Positions 1 through 13,069 of a stretch of 64,000 nucleotides of DNA are shown here, in pieces. The stretch covers positions 310,001 through 374,000 of the forward strand of contig CAUYUJ010000059.1 of assembly GCA_963575745.1 (NCBI GenBank). Direction: 5' to 3'. Position numbers and translations under genes: made by a program. Origin of the DNA: Prorocentrum cordatum (lineage: Eukaryota). Every line of letters starts with the position of its first letter. Position 1 is the stretch's first letter. The notes below the pieces were generated by a model, which was given only the letters and a program-made list of their open reading frames with translations, was not told the DNA's origin and ran no database searches.

Positions 1-185
1 GACGGCCACGCCGCGCTCATGCCGCGGTGCTTCGAGTCGAAGCCCGGCGGAGCGGGCTCGTGCGGCAACCCGGGGGGTCGCGAACGGAAGGGCTAATTAG
101 GAGGAGGAGGAAAATATTCGACCGGGGAAGAGGAGAGGAGAGGCGAGGAGAGGAGAAGATAGATGGGGAGGAGGAGGAGGAGGAG

Positions 186-216
<31 letters not shown>

Positions 217-957
217 GATGGGGGGGGCGAGGAGGAAGAGGGAGAGGGCGGAGACAACAACGACGACGACGACGACGTTGAGGATGACCATGACGCGGAG
301 GGAGATGGACCAGCAGCAGGAGGAGGAGAAGGGTTCTGGGAGTTGCAAAGCAAGGGCTCAAAGGTGCACTTGGAGGCGTCACTGTTTCCGGGAAGTTCGA
401 GGAGCCCTTGAGGAGAAGGAATAGGGGGAGAGGGAGGGGAGAGGAGGCCCGCAGATACGCCAGTACGTACATGTTTCTTTGGATGTGGCTGTGAACGCGA
501 ACCCCTCCTCCTCTTCCTCCTCCTCATCCTCCCCCTCCTCTTTCTCCTCATCCTGCAGAGAGGAGTCCCCTTCCTCTCAGTTCAGTCGTTACCATCGCTC
601 CCTCCAACTCTCTTTTGAGCGTCCATTTGCGCGCCGCTGCGCGCGTTTGGCTCAAGTATCTTGTAAGGACGTACTTGCGTGGATCGGGTGTTGCCGCGCA
701 TGGGCAGGAAAAGGCGCGCTCGCCATTAGCAGCGCGCGCATCATGCACATGTTTACCTCTATCTATGGGAACGTGACCGCCATCTCGCACAACATCGCTG
801 AGGAACCATCCATCCACAAGTCCCTTGAGAAAAGATCCTCTGAGCTCAGAGATGGGAGCACGGAAGACTCTCGTTTGTCATGGGGATACATTTACACGGC
901 GAAATACTGGTTATCAGCCGAAAGAGTTGTGGGCTGTGCCTTGGGGTGCCCTTGGTG

Positions 958-1570
958 CCCAGCGCAAACTCGAACGATTTGGGCCGTGACGCTTTGCGCT
1001 GGGGCGAGGGAACGCTTGCCCCCTCGCTGACCTCGCCCGTGGGGGGAGGGTGGCGCTCGCGCAGTCCAGCGCGAATCACCTTATCCTGCTGGTTCCCGTC
1101 GTGCTCGTTCTAGTCGATTTGCTGGTGGCGTTGGTGCGTCTTGCGCGTGCGATGCTGCTGGCTGATCAGGGCGCCGGTGCTAGGCTTTGGAGCTGCTGTC
1201 CGGGCTGGGCGGCGGTAGGCGGCGGGCGCTGACGGCGGGCCCACGACGAGTCACGACCCCGTCCTCGCGCTAGCCCTGGCGCTCCTGGTGAGCGCTGCTA
1301 CTGCAAGCCCCGGCTGGCGCAATCCGTTCCCTGGGAGCGACGGCCGTTCGGGCTGGGGGCGAACAGCCCAGTGATGGGGTTCGCAAAACTTCGCGCGGAG
1401 AGATCGCGCATTTCTGCTCCAGGGCGCCCTGGTCCCCAGCGCAAAATGAACGATCTGGGCCATGACGCTTTGCGCTAGAGTGAACGCCCCACCCCCCGCT
1501 TGTCTAGCCTGCGGGGGGGCGGGGGCACTCGCGCAGTCCAGCGCGAATCGCCTGGCGCTGCTAGTTAGTC
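958..1570. repeat. Two diverged direct copies (about 950-1110 and 1425-1585) of a unit containing a CCCAGCGCAAA...TTTGCGCT hairpin
   Basis: CCCAGCGCAAA, GAACGAT, GACGCTTTGCGCT and CTCGCGCAGTCCAGCGCGAATC are present in both copies. Confidence 0.75.
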
Positions 1571-2199
1571 ATGATCGTTCTAGTGGAACTGCTGGTGGCA
1601 GTTGTGTTGCTTCGCGTGGTGGTGCTGCTTTACGTCGTGCTGATTACTGTGGTGCTGTTGGTGGTGTTTGTATTGGCACGTGTCGTGCTGTTGGATCCTG
1701 TCGTGCGCGTCGCGTCGGTGCTCCTCCTTGCGCGCGTGCTGGTGCGTGTAGTGTTGCTGCTTCCCGTCGTGCTGGTCACACTGGTACTGGTGGTTGCGTT
1801 TGAGTTGCTTCGCGTGGCGTTGCTGCTCTAAGTCGTGCTCGTCACAGTGGCGCTGATGGTGACGCTGGTGCTGCTGCGTTTGGTGTTGCTGCTTGCTGCC
1901 GTTGTGGTCGCACTGTTGCTGCTGGTGGCACTTGTGCTGTGTCGCGTGGTGCTGCTGCTCCGTTCCCCGTCATGGTCGTTATACTTGTGCTGCTAGCTTC
2001 GCTGGCGCTGTTGCGCATAGTGGTGGTGTCGTTTTGTGTCGTGTCAGAGAGGTACTGCTGGAGTCGCTTGTGTGGCTTGCACTATTGTTTCTGTTGTTGG
2101 CGTTGGTGTTGCTGCTGCTGCGTATGGTGTTGCTGTTGCTGGCGCTGCTGGTGTCAGTGGTGCTGCTGGTTGCGCTAAAGCCAGTGCGCGTGTGCAGTG

Positions 2200-2860
2200 G
2201 GACACCTCGCCCACGATTACGACGGATGCTCTCGTCTCACCAGTGGCCAGATCCACTATCTCCACTTTGCGCTGGCCATAACCCAGGCCGCATCCATAGT
2301 TGTGAATGTTGCTTTCGCCGCAGCGCAGGCCACATCCATGATTGCGAAGTTTGTTTTCGCATCTTCGCCGGCCACACCAGTGATTGCGAACGTTGCTCTC
2401 GCACATCCGTCATTGCGAACGTCATTCTCGCTTCAGCGCCAGCCACATCCACGACTACGACGGCTGCTGTCGCCTCATCGCCAGCCATAATATTCATGAT
2501 TGCGAACGTTGTTCTCGCCTCAACGTTGGCCACGTCCATTATTGCGAGTGTTGCTGTCGCCCTGGCGCCGGTAACATCCACGACTGCGAATGTTGCTCTC
2601 GCCGCAGCGCCAGCCACACCCGCGATTGCGACAGTTACTCTCGCTTTAGCGCTGGCCAAATCAATGGTTGCAAATGTTGCTGTCGCTTCAGCGCTGGCCA
2701 CACCCACGATTACGAGGTTACTCTCGCCTTAGCGCTGGCCACATCCACGAATGCGAAAGGTGCTCTCGCCTTCGCGCCAGCCACACCCAAGATTGAAAGC
2801 CCCAGCGCCGGCCACATCCATGACTGCTAAAGATGCTCTCGCGTCAGCGCCGGCCAGATG
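2200..2860. repeat. Degenerate 42-bp minisatellite
   Basis: GCCACAYCC-type anchors at 2442, 2484, 2529, 2571 and 2613 (period 42, one 45). Confidence 0.85.
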
Positions 2861-3004
2861 CTTCATTGGAAACGATAAGGGATTAGTGATACAGTTGGCA
2901 CTTTTGCATTGCATGTTGCTGTGTCGCCCTATTCTGGTGCATCATGGGGGGGGTTGTAGTGGAGTCTTGGGATCTCTCCCCCCCTGACGCTGCGCCGTCT
3001 CACA

Positions 3005-3530
3005 CCTCCCTCCTCCTCCTCCTCCTCCTCCTCCTCCTCCTCCTCCTCCTCCTCCTCCTCCTCTCCTCCTCCTCCTCCTCCTCCTCCTCTCCTCCTCCTC
3101 CTCCTCCTCCTCCTCCTCCTCCTCCTCCTCCTCCTCCTCCTCCTCCTCCTCCTCATCCTCCTCGTCCCCTCCTCCTCCTCTCCTCCCCCCTCCTCCTCCT
3201 CATCCTCCTCTCCTCCTCCTCTCCTCCTCCTCCTCCTCCTCCTCCTCCTCCTCCTCCTCCTTTTCCTCCTCCTTCTACTCCTCCTCCTCCTCCTCCTCCT
3301 TCTACTCCTCCTCCTTCTACTCCTCCTCCTCCTCCTCCTCCTCCTCCTTCTCCTCCTCCTCCTCCTGGGAGGCTTTTCAAGAGTTCAGTGCCGATTGTGA
3401 CGTATGTGTGGTGGATGCTTGGACGGCAGTTCCACGCGGTGCAGTTTTCAAAGATTCGGGCAGACAGACAGACCGACAGACAGACAGGCAGACAGACAGA
3501 CGGACAGGAAGACAGACAGACAGACAGACC
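3005..3530. repeat. (CCT)n tract followed by (GACA)n tract
   Basis: Directly visible at 3005-3365 and 3461-3530. Confidence 0.95.
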
Positions 3531-3659
3531 GAAGCCTTGCACGTCAGAGGTGCGTTGGCAGCATGTTGAAACGGAGATGGTTGTGTGAAGCCACGCGCGA
3601 GCTAAGCATGGCACCGGAGGAGGACGAAAATGAGGCGGATCAAATAAAAAGACAGAAAC

Positions 3660-4370
3660 TCTCAGTCAGGAGCCCAACGGATCTTGGGAGAAAGACCTGA
3701 ACGACCCCATACGATTTCCCGACGGGACCTCAGACGAGGCGAAAACGTGAGGGCTTCACAGACAGGATGGAAATTGCTTTGCAACGCCTTGCCACGCGGC
3801 GGCTTCCTGACGCCTGACGCCAGAGTCTGCGCAGGGCCTCCTAGCTGCCGGCTGCTCTGCGAGACACCTCGAATACATTACGTTTCCAAGATTTCTCGGT
3901 CTGCCGCGTTTTTGGCGCCCGTTCGACCAATGCAAGTCGAAACTCGCCGGTGCTGACACACACCGCCTCATAATTACGCTGTCGTCTGGGAGCCTTGCCC
4001 ATTTCTGCATCAAAAGGATTGGCCGCACGCCAGTTGAGCGCTAAGCTTTGGGCTCGTGTAGGTTTGCAGCGCCGTGGCATTGGTGACATGGCTGTAGTAT
4101 GGATGTGGTATGCCCGACAGTTTGCGCAGGCATCTTGCTTGAAATGAATATAGCAGATTATTTTCTGACTTACTCAACCACGCAGTGTGCACGCAATACA
4201 TCAATATGGACACTACACAAGCGTCAAGCGTCGCGACCTGTTTCTTCATACCTTGCGCAATGCTCCAAAGTCCTTAGACGCCATGCCTATCCTCCTGCTC
4301 AACTGGGCCGTCTTTCCGCTGGCGCAGAGTAGACCGCCAAGATAGACCAAAGGATCGGACGCGCGATTCA
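3660..4370 (-). mobile_element. 3' remnant of an RTE-like non-LTR retrotransposon
   Basis: Frameshifted fragments LVYLGGLL...SRRIGMASKDFGALRKV and ACVVSILMYCVHTAWL...FQARCLRKLSGI match the post-RT region of RTE-type LINEs. Confidence 0.75.
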
Positions 4371-5255
4371 CTCGGCTGTTTTCCCTGAGACGGTTGACGA
4401 GTATCAAGTCCGATGCAGGCTCCAAGGGGTCGTGTGGGATAGCCTCCTTGAAACCGCCCCTGCCGCTGACCACCTAGTTCTTGCTGTCCCCTCTCTTGTC
4501 TAGGCGGGGCCCGCACGATCTTTCTCGGGTTGTTTGGGGCGCGGCGCGTATGTGTAATAAGCCCCCGTGGGGCAGCTTGCGCATGCTCGGGCTTTCGCTG
4601 GGCGTAACTAGGCGCGGCACGCATGAGGGGCAGAGATATGGGCACATTAGGCATGTTATGCCCACGCCTGCGCATAGGTCGGGCGAAGTAATTCAGGCTC
4701 TGGCGCCGAGCCGACATTCTTGCCCTCAGACTCCATCCTCACGGCTCCCTGGTGAGCAGGAAGCGCAGGAGTATTGTGGCCAACGTGTTGCCATTGCTCC
4801 TTCGTCCCACTTTCGAGCGATGTAAAGCGCCGAGCATCACCCATGAGGCGTCGTGACACGATTGGTCGCCCCTGGACGAGAGTAAAGTGCGGTGTCCTCG
4901 GCATCTTCGTGTGGCCAAGGCTTGTCCTGACCTGCCTCTGATGGAATGCCCGGGGCCGCATCCTGCCTTCCTCCAGTGGAGTGGCGGCCATAGCGTCCAC
5001 CGACGCAGCTTGCAGGCCGCTTGGACGACGCGCGCCCATCCTTTGCTCGATTGCGTAGTGCGTTGAGCCTTTGCGGTGAGGCGCTCAGGCCCTGTACAGT
5101 CGGGGCCCTGAAGAAGGAACCCTTTTTGTTGGGGAGGGGCTCCGTGTTCCTTAGTCGCTTTACAGTGCTCCTTGGGTTCCCCTGAGGTTTTCCATGGAAA
5201 ATGGGGGTTTATTATATGGGAAAAAGGGGCCTCGTTCCTTATTTATCGTTCCTTA

Positions 5256-5549
5256 GGTCAGCACCCCGACTGAATTGGTCAAGAGGTACGAACGCGCCAT
5301 GTCGGACCAGAAGGCCCATCCGTTGCGTCGGCTCCGCTGTGGGCGACATCAGCAGCACCGCAGGCGCCATGAAAAGGTGGCCCTGGCCCCAGAGGGGGGG
5401 AAACACGGACAATAAAGGGGGTGATCGGACCCAGACATTTGGCCGCTCCAATTTTGGGATGCGCGGGCCCCAGAGCCAGAGGCCGAAAATGGCCCAAATC
5501 CCGCCGCCCCAATTTTTGGGGGAGCGCCGGATCTATGGGGATGCTTGAC
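5256..5549. mobile_element. Candidate MITE
   Basis: Imperfect terminal inverted repeat GGTCAGCACCCC / GGGGATGCTTGACT; no TSD resolved. Confidence 0.3.
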
Positions 5550-5644
5550 TGAGCCGGGGGCCGGGACCTCATGTTGCAGCTACTGCTCCGGAGGGACCAC
5601 ATAAGCACCCCTGGGGTGGGGGCCCGTCAGGCTCGCCTATGCAG

Positions 5645-5850
5645 GCTCGCGAAGCCCAAGCTATCTCGTGCGTGGCACGGGCCTGGAGGACACCAGGCCC
5701 CTCGGTCGGGCCGGCCGCCGCGCGGAGGGTGTGCCTGCGGGACCGGCTGCCAGGCAACTGCCTGCGCCGGTGGCGCGCACAGCTCGACTCTGCGTTTGCG
5801 CGAAGGCTGGCCGCGCAGCTGCTACAGCGGCCCGGCGCGGGCCCCCGGGC
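5645..5850 (+). CDS. Possible upstream exon (LAKPKLSRAWHGPGG...CACGTGCQATACAGGAHSSTLRLREGWPRSCYSG)
   Basis: TGCAG|G acceptor and a Cys-rich open frame upstream of the 6194 exon; frame and donor not established. Confidence 0.3.
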
Positions 5851-6193
5851 CGCGCGAGGCGGCGGCCGCCGCGCGCGGACGGGCGGTTTCCAGAGGCGAG
5901 ACAGCTTTGAGCGTCTTCCTCGTCCTCCTCCTCCTCCTCCTCCTCCTCCTCCTTCTCCTCCTCCTTATCCTCAGTCCACTGCTGCTCCTCCTCCTCCTCC
6001 TCCTCCTCCTCCTCCTCCAGATGCAGGCCTGAGAGGTGACATCGAGAGTGTGCGTGGTCCTCCCAGCCAGGGAGCAGCGGACTTGACTGCCAGCGGAGTG
6101 TAGGGAGGAGAGATCGGAGGAGCAGGGTGGGCCAGGATGGGGAGAAGGAGGAGAAGGAGCATGGGGAGAGTGAGAGCTGGAGGGCGACCCCAG

Positions 6194-6273
6194 GCAACTC
6201 GCTGCTGCCCGTGGGCGCGCAGAGGGGAGGCGACGGGCACCTTCAGTGCCGGACGCGGCACTGCAGCGGCGAG
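6194..6273 (+). CDS. Exon of ZNFX1-like helicase gene (GNSLLPVGAQRGGDGHLQCRTRHCSGE)
   Basis: CCCCAG|G acceptor and GAG|GC donor. Joins in phase 0 to the exon at 16233 to give a Cys/His cluster (CRTRHCSGE-VILACSMRSHCRGLCAVC). GCGAGG occurs at both intron ends. Confidence 0.6.
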
Positions 6274-6476
6274 GCGCGGGCGGTCCTCCAAGCGCCCTTG
6301 GAGGAAGGAAGAGGGGGAGGAAAACAATCGCGCACTATACATACATATATCTATGTATACATGTATATATATACACATAGATTCAAGGGCTCAGGGCCCA
6401 CAGGCCCCACCCCACAGATGCGATAGGTCCCCCATCAGATGGGACGGGGTGTGGACGACGACGACGACGACGACGA

Positions 6477-6507
<31 letters not shown>

Positions 6508-7329
6508 TGTGAAGACGACGCCGGCGACCAGACGACGACGACTTCGAAGACCACGGACGTCGACGACCACCACGATAACCGCAGCACCACCCGAGGCCCG
6601 CAAGGGGAAGGGGGAAGACCGCAGCACCACCCCACACTCACAGGGTGGGGACCAGTGTTGGGGGAGGAGGGGGGGCGATCCCATTAGCAGTTTGACGGAG
6701 GGGGGGTGACCCTGGACCATACATGACATCCTACCCCTTCCCCCATCCCTTCCCATTGCCACAACTTGTTTGTTTGTCCGACTACTGGGATGTCCTAACC
6801 TACCTTGGGGCTTGAGGGTGGGGGTGGAAGAGGAGGAGGATTCCAAGGGCCTGACGACTCTTCTACAATAGATCTGTTGGGATCAAGCTAGATAGTCTAC
6901 GTAAATTGACGCAAGCCGATGTGCATCCACATAGGTCGAGGCAAATCCAGAAATACGTAATTGAAAGTTTGAACAAATCGTGGAAGTTCCAGCGCGCGTC
7001 AAGGGCCCGCAGAAACAGTGGATGAGGAGGAGGAATAGTGAGGAGGAGGAGGGCGACGAGGAGAAGGAGGACGAGGACGACGAGGAGAAGGAGGAGGAGG
7101 AGGAGAACGCGGAAGAGTAAGGAGGAAGATGAGGAGGAATGAGCAGGGAGGGGGAGAGGGGGAGGAAGAGGGGTAGGGGGAGGATGAGGAGGAGGAGGTG
7201 GAGGAGAGAGGAAGGAAGAGGAAGGAGGGAGAAGGAGAAGGAGGAGGGGGGATGATGTAGAGGGGGAGGGGGAGGAGGAGGTGGAGAAGCGAGGAGGAGG
7301 AGGAGGAGGAGGAGGAGGAGAAGGGACCA

Positions 7330-10300
7330 GTGCAAACCCAAGGCGCATCAACGATGTTGCAATAAATCCTCTTCCGGGAAGAGCGCCACCCTGACGACGG
7401 GCTCAAGGTCGGCACGATGGACATGCATGTAAATCACGCCGGACAAGAGCGAGAGTTGCCGGACGACGTCACGCGCCCGCTGCCGGCCCCGACCCGTCGC
7501 GGCGGGGGCCTGCCGCCAGACGACGGCCCGCTCGCGCTGAAGGACGGCTGCGCACGGGCGATGGCCGAGGCCCGCCACTCCGCCTACGCGCTAGGGGGCA
7601 AGATTGAGAAGAGCCCCTCCGTGAAGATCGTGAGCGACGGCTGCGCCTTGTGGAAGGGCCGCGGGCGATGGCGCCTCCAGGCGGCCCCCCGCGGCGAGGC
7701 TCGGGGGCTCCGCGCTGCCGCTCTGGACCGCGACCGCGACGAGGTCGGTGGCGCGGCGGGCCAGCCCGGGCTTCCCGACGCCGGGCGGGCAGCGGCCCCC
7801 CCAGCCGACAAGGCGGAGGTGCCCGAAGACGCCCGCGCGCTCGGGGTCGAGTTCGACGCCCTGGGCCATACAGGCCTCGGAACAAATTAGCGAACACATG
7901 CCACATTCATCCATCAACGCTTCCCCCTTCCCCCAATGTTCAAAGTTGGCGGTGGGTCTGGTGAGATGCACTTCGACCGCAGTCTCCCCCGCGCGTGCCA
8001 ACATTGAGTTCGGGGGAGAGGGGGCTGTTCAGTAACTGTTTTAGTCTACCGTAGGTTCAAGGTTTGGTAAGGCTTGGAGGACCGCCACGACCGAGACCTA
8101 CAGTGGGCCGTTGGCGACGGACGAGCTCCTAGGCGCCAACGCGGCAGTGCACGCGCGCAAGTTCTTCCACCGTCGCGGCGGGAATCCCTGCCGCTGGGCG
8201 AAGGAGTTCTTCACGGACCACGGCATCGCGCCAAGTGGCCGCGTGCGGCATAAGGTCGATTGCTTGGTCCAGTCTGTCCGCCTCTTCGGAGGGGTCGACC
8301 AGGACAACCTCGGGGCGCTGGCCGGCGCGGAGAAGACGCGCCAGAGGGCCAGCGGCACCATCGACGCGCGTGCCACGCTTGGGGGCCCCCAACTGGAAGA
8401 TGGCCGGCATTTTCGACGGCTCTGCGGGGCGCGCGTCGGCGCCGCGGCCCCGAGCTTGAGGGGGCGCGGAATCCGCGGGATGAAGCAGGACAACGAGCCG
8501 ATCGCTTGAGGGGGCCCGCGGCCCGCGGGGTCAAGCAGGGGCGCGGAGTCCGCGGGGCGACGCAGGACAAGGCGCGCGCGCGGCGGCGCCGTCGGCGGCC
8601 GCAGTCAACAAGCAGAAGGACCAGACCTCGGGCGACGCGGAAGACGCTGGCCTGGCCGACGCAGGCGGCGGTCGAAGACGGGGGCGCGCGCGCGCGCGGC
8701 GCGGGCCCAGCCCACGGGGATGACTGAGCGCGGGGCGGGGGCCCCCGCCGTTGCCCGAGGCATGGGCCCCGTGCAGGCTGGGGCTGGGCGCTTACTTTGT
8801 TCGCGCTCGCATCGCCGGCTGTTCCCGTCGTCTGATCAATGGTGCGACGACGCCCCCGCCCGTGCCTCGGCGCGCAGCGCCGCTCGGGCCAGGCGGCGGA
8901 ACCACGTGCAGGAGCTGACCAGCGATGCAGCTCACGCACCTAATTGGATGAACGGAGGGTCGATGGGACAAGACACTAGAGGGCGGCCCATCGAAGTCGC
9001 CGCCGTCTTCGCGGCGACCGCCGGGGGCCACATCTAGGAAGGCCCGGGCGCGGCGACGTCGGCAGCACGTGCGACGGCGACGGCGACGTCATGATGATGA
9101 TGAGTGATGTCACCTCTTCCCACTTGCGACGCGTCTCCGCCCGCGCGCGCCTCGCCGCGGAGCCGAGGAACACCGTCCGCCAGAAGCAGCCCTGAAAGAG
9201 CTGTTCCGCAGCCCAGCGGGGGCCCAGTCCGCCGCAGCCGGGCCCACTGCGCTCGCCCGCGAGCCTACATCGCGGCCCGACACGGCGCCCGAGCCCCTGG
9301 AGCTCCGCCAGCTACTCAGCGACCGGGGCCGCCAGCATCTTGAGGGAGATGGAGAACGGGTGCTGGCCAGTCCCGCAGCCGCCGCTGTCGAGCGGGGCGG
9401 GGTTCGTGATCGTCGCTGCCTCGACCCCGTTCTATCCAGCAGCCTTGAAAACCGCGCCACATTCACACGTGACCTGAAGGCCCGAGGGTTGCCGGCCTTC
9501 GGCCCCCGGCTCGCCGGGGGCGCCGGGGTCTTTTTCGTCGCCAAGATGCGTGGCCAGCTACGCCTCGCACTGGGCGCACGTCGGGGCAACGCTCACTTCG
9601 GGGCGCCCCCGAAGGTAGATGTGTTGACGGCCGCAGGCCTCAGTCGCGTCGAGATCGAAACAGGCGACGGCGGGGGCTGGTGCCGTTCCAGCGCGGCACT
9701 GCGGATGCGATGGATGCGTTCCACCACGTGGGCAACTCGACGTGACCCTCGCGCTCCTTCGCGCCCCCCACCCCGTCGTCGCCTTCGATGATATGGGGGT
9801 CGCGTCGATGGGCGGGGGGCCCGTCGATCCGTCGGCCGTCATCTACCCAGCGCCAGCCTGGTTGCCGACGGGGTTTGCATGGCCATTCTTCTTTGCTCAG
9901 GACGCCGACGAGACCGCGGCTTCGAGGTCCTTGACTCGGCCCAGATCACGCGCGACCACGGCCGCCCTTTGGTCCCGCAGGTAGGGCGACGCGACGGCTC
10001 GCTGCGCCACTACGCGCACGCGGACAACCTCGGCGTCTTCAGCAACGATTCGCGCGTGGCGAGTGACAGCATGGAGCCTCTCATTGCGGCCTCCGAGTCG
10101 AAGGGCCTCATGATGCACGGCGCCAGCCTGTCCGCAGCGGGCGCCGAGGCCGGCGGCGCGTGGCTCGACGGAGCGCGTCGCCACACCAGGATCACGTCGA
10201 AGGGGTCTCGGCGCGTTCGAGGGGCCCCCATCGCCGCTGCTCGGAGGAGGCAGCTCCAGGGCTCGAGACCTCGAGGCCCCGATCGGGCACGCCATCTTCT

Positions 10301-12750
10301 GCGGTCTGATCAGGAGGGAGACGCTATCGACATCTAGCGCAGTTTCTGCGTTTGTCCACAGGCGCCATTGGACCCCGGCGCCCTTGCGGCGCACCGTCCG
10401 CGAGAAGCTCGGAGCGCGCGCAGGCGCGATGGTGCTTCTCGTCAGCTCGTGGGACCTCGACTGGGACACCCACGCGGCGAGCGTTGACGCGCGCCCCGCC
10501 GGGGCGTGGACTCACCGCGCGACAGGCGCATCTGCTGCACGCGGCGCGGGAGGTCGGCCGGGTCGCCGAGAGGGTCCGCTATCGCGACCCTTCCCACGCG
10601 GCCGCGCGGAGCGCCGCTTTGCTCACAGACCCAGCCGTCGCGAGAGGGTCGGGGCCGGTCTTGGCCGGCGCGCCCGCCCCAGTCGGCGCTGACCTGGAGG
10701 CTGCAGCGCGCGGACCGCCCAAGGCCGGTCTCGCGGCTGGCCCGGGCTTCGAGGAAGTGCCGGAAGGGCGCTCGCCTCTGGCGATTTGGCGGATGCCCGG
10801 GGCCCGGCCTTTCAATGCACCGACGACATCATGGCGCTTGGGTCGCACGGGGTTTTCACTCAACGGGCCGGAGCGAATCTTGCTGACCGAGTCTGGCCGC
10901 AACCATCACCGGCCGCTGCCGGGCTACAACCTCGGGGCGCGCCTCGCCACCGGAAGGCCCCGGTCCTCGCACCCGCTGCTGGTCGGGGCGCGCAGGGTCG
11001 GCGCCCCTTTGCACGCGCGGAATTGCCGTCTTGACTACAGGGCCCCGTCTGAGCGCCATAGCGCCGGCGCGCCCTCGAGGTTGTTCGAGAACTCTCGCAG
11101 GGGCGCTGTGCTGCCTCATTTTGAAGGAGGGTCGCTCGTGCAAGTAGAAGACGGCCGACACCCCTCCCCCTCGCCCCCCTCCCCTATCCAGCCGGCGACG
11201 ATGAGGCGCGGCGGCGAGGGACTGACAGGCCGATGTTTTCATACAGCGCACCCCATGAAAGACAGTTTCAAAGGGGAGGTCGACCTCCCGAAACGAGTGA
11301 AAACCAGCGCTGCTTCGCCCCTGGCAAAGATTGATCACCGCCCTGTGCCCGTCTTGGCTCAATCTCGCCCTTCACGCGATCCGCCTCGCCCCCCGCAGCG
11401 CCCCGGGCGCGCCCCAGCCGCCCGGGCCGCCCTGCCGGGCCCCGAGCTCATCCATGGAGGCGCGAGGCCCTGGCCAGATGGCGCGCGTCGCGGCGCCGAG
11501 GCCCGGGCCTCGGGCGGGCCCCCGGACCCTGGAGCCCTCGTCGGCCGCGCGCCGCGGGACTCTCGAGGCGTCGGCTGGAAGCCCGAGCCAGCCATCGAGG
11601 CGACCTCGGATGGCGAGCCAGACGCTCCGCGGCCCCCGCGCCTCGGCCGGCTCGGCGACCGCGCGCGCCTGCGGCGGGGAGACGCTCCTACGGATAGGAA
11701 CCCTGGAGGAGTCGAAGCAGGCCGACCCAGACGACTCGCTGAGCTCCTCGACGGAAGACGCCAGGGCCAGCCGCGCGCCCTCGAGGTCGCTAGCGCCGAG
11801 AGCACGGGCGCCCCCCAGGGAGCGGTTGGCCGACCAGCTCGAGCCGCGGGTCGCCCGCCCACCGGCGAGCGAGCGGCGGCGAAGCGGGCCGCGGAGAGCC
11901 AGCGCATCGCCGAGCTCGACAAGTTGGCGGATTCCGCCAAGACCGAGACAGTCAGGGAGATCCCGATCGAGCGCCTCGAGAAAGCGCTGGCGGATTACAT
12001 CGAGGACGGCATCCTGAAGGGAGCGCACAGCTCGAGCGGGCCGAAGCAAAAGGCGGCGGTGGCCCACGTCTGCCTGGAGGTCTCCAGGAGCAGCGCCAAC
12101 TTCTGCCCGCAGGCGTGGCGCGCCCTGAAAGGCTGGACTCAACTGGCGCCGAGCCGATCGCTGCTCCCGGATGCATTCCCGATCTGGGCCGGCGCGATAT
12201 ATCTCCTGGTCTTGAACGAGCTCTTCGACATGGCGATGTTCACGCGCATGCGCCGGGGCTCCTTCGCCAGACCGTCGCCAAAGCTGGCGCTGAGTTCGGG
12301 GCATATATTCCCGCCGAGCCCCGCGAGCTGCTTCTGGTCGCTGGCGCTGAACGAGACAGACGGGCAGCCTTCGAAGACCGGGGATTTCGACGTGAGCATC
12401 GACCTGGACCACAGGCTGCGGCGGCGTCTGGGCCCGCGCCTGGAGGCCCTGCGACAGCAGCCTTCAGAGTCATCTCCCCAGCGCCTCACCCACCCCGAGC
12501 TCGCTATGGAGGCGGCCGCAGCCGCCCGCCGGATGAAGACCAAGCTCGCGGTCAACCAGCTCCGTCACAGCGGAGCGTCGGCAGACGCGGCGAGCGGCAT
12601 GAGGACTCTGGCGGCAGCGCAGAAGAGGGGAGGCTGGAAGCAGCACCAGTTCGTGGCACGGCACACCAAGATTTCGCGGTTCAGCCAGGCCCCCAGCACC
12701 AGCGCTCGGCGGAGGCGCGGGCACACGCGCTCGAGTGCGAGGCCGATTTG
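7330..12750 (+). mobile_element. Decayed DIRS/Ngaro-type tyrosine-recombinase retrotransposon (gag-like, RT, RNase H, YR)
   Basis: Gag-like fragments at 7.4-8.5 kb. RT motifs GVFFVAK..GQLRL, LPTGFAWPFFFAQ and HYAHADNLGV (9.5-10.0 kb). RNase H end RAPSERHSAGAPSR (about 11050). YR motifs FARPS, SKTGDFD, QLRHSGAS and QKRGGWK (12.25-12.67 kb). Many frameshifts; ends not resolved. Confidence 0.85.
7871..8100. mobile_element. Small lower-GC insertion interrupting the DIRS gag region
   Basis: Imperfect inverted ends CAGGCCTCGG / CCGAGACCTA; gag-like sequence stops and resumes on either side. Confidence 0.45.
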
Positions 12751-13069
12751 GAGCGCATCCCCATGCACGGTATCACCGCGCCTCTGCCGCCTACCCTCTA
12801 AAGGAGGCAGGGCGGCTCGGCGCATTCTATTGCGTCGGGCCGCTGTCGGAGTGCCTGATGCGGCCGATCGAGCAGGCAAGATTAGAATCCCGAGTGCGCC
12901 GACTGCAGCGCGCGACGCCAGTGAGCACCCAGCAGGCAGCGTCCGATATACGCAAGGACTTCGCCCCCATGCCGCCAGCCCCCCTCTCTTAGAATGGGAC
13001 TTGCCAGAGCTGCGTTGGGATGTCTGGACGCTGGCGCGAAGCAATGTCGGGACTTCACGCAAGGGCCAA

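Noticed and set aside
1893..2830. Repeat protein (14-aa Ala/Thr or CxxC...H repeats)
   Set aside because: A 42-bp minisatellite open in multiple frames on both strands, with no splice or start context.
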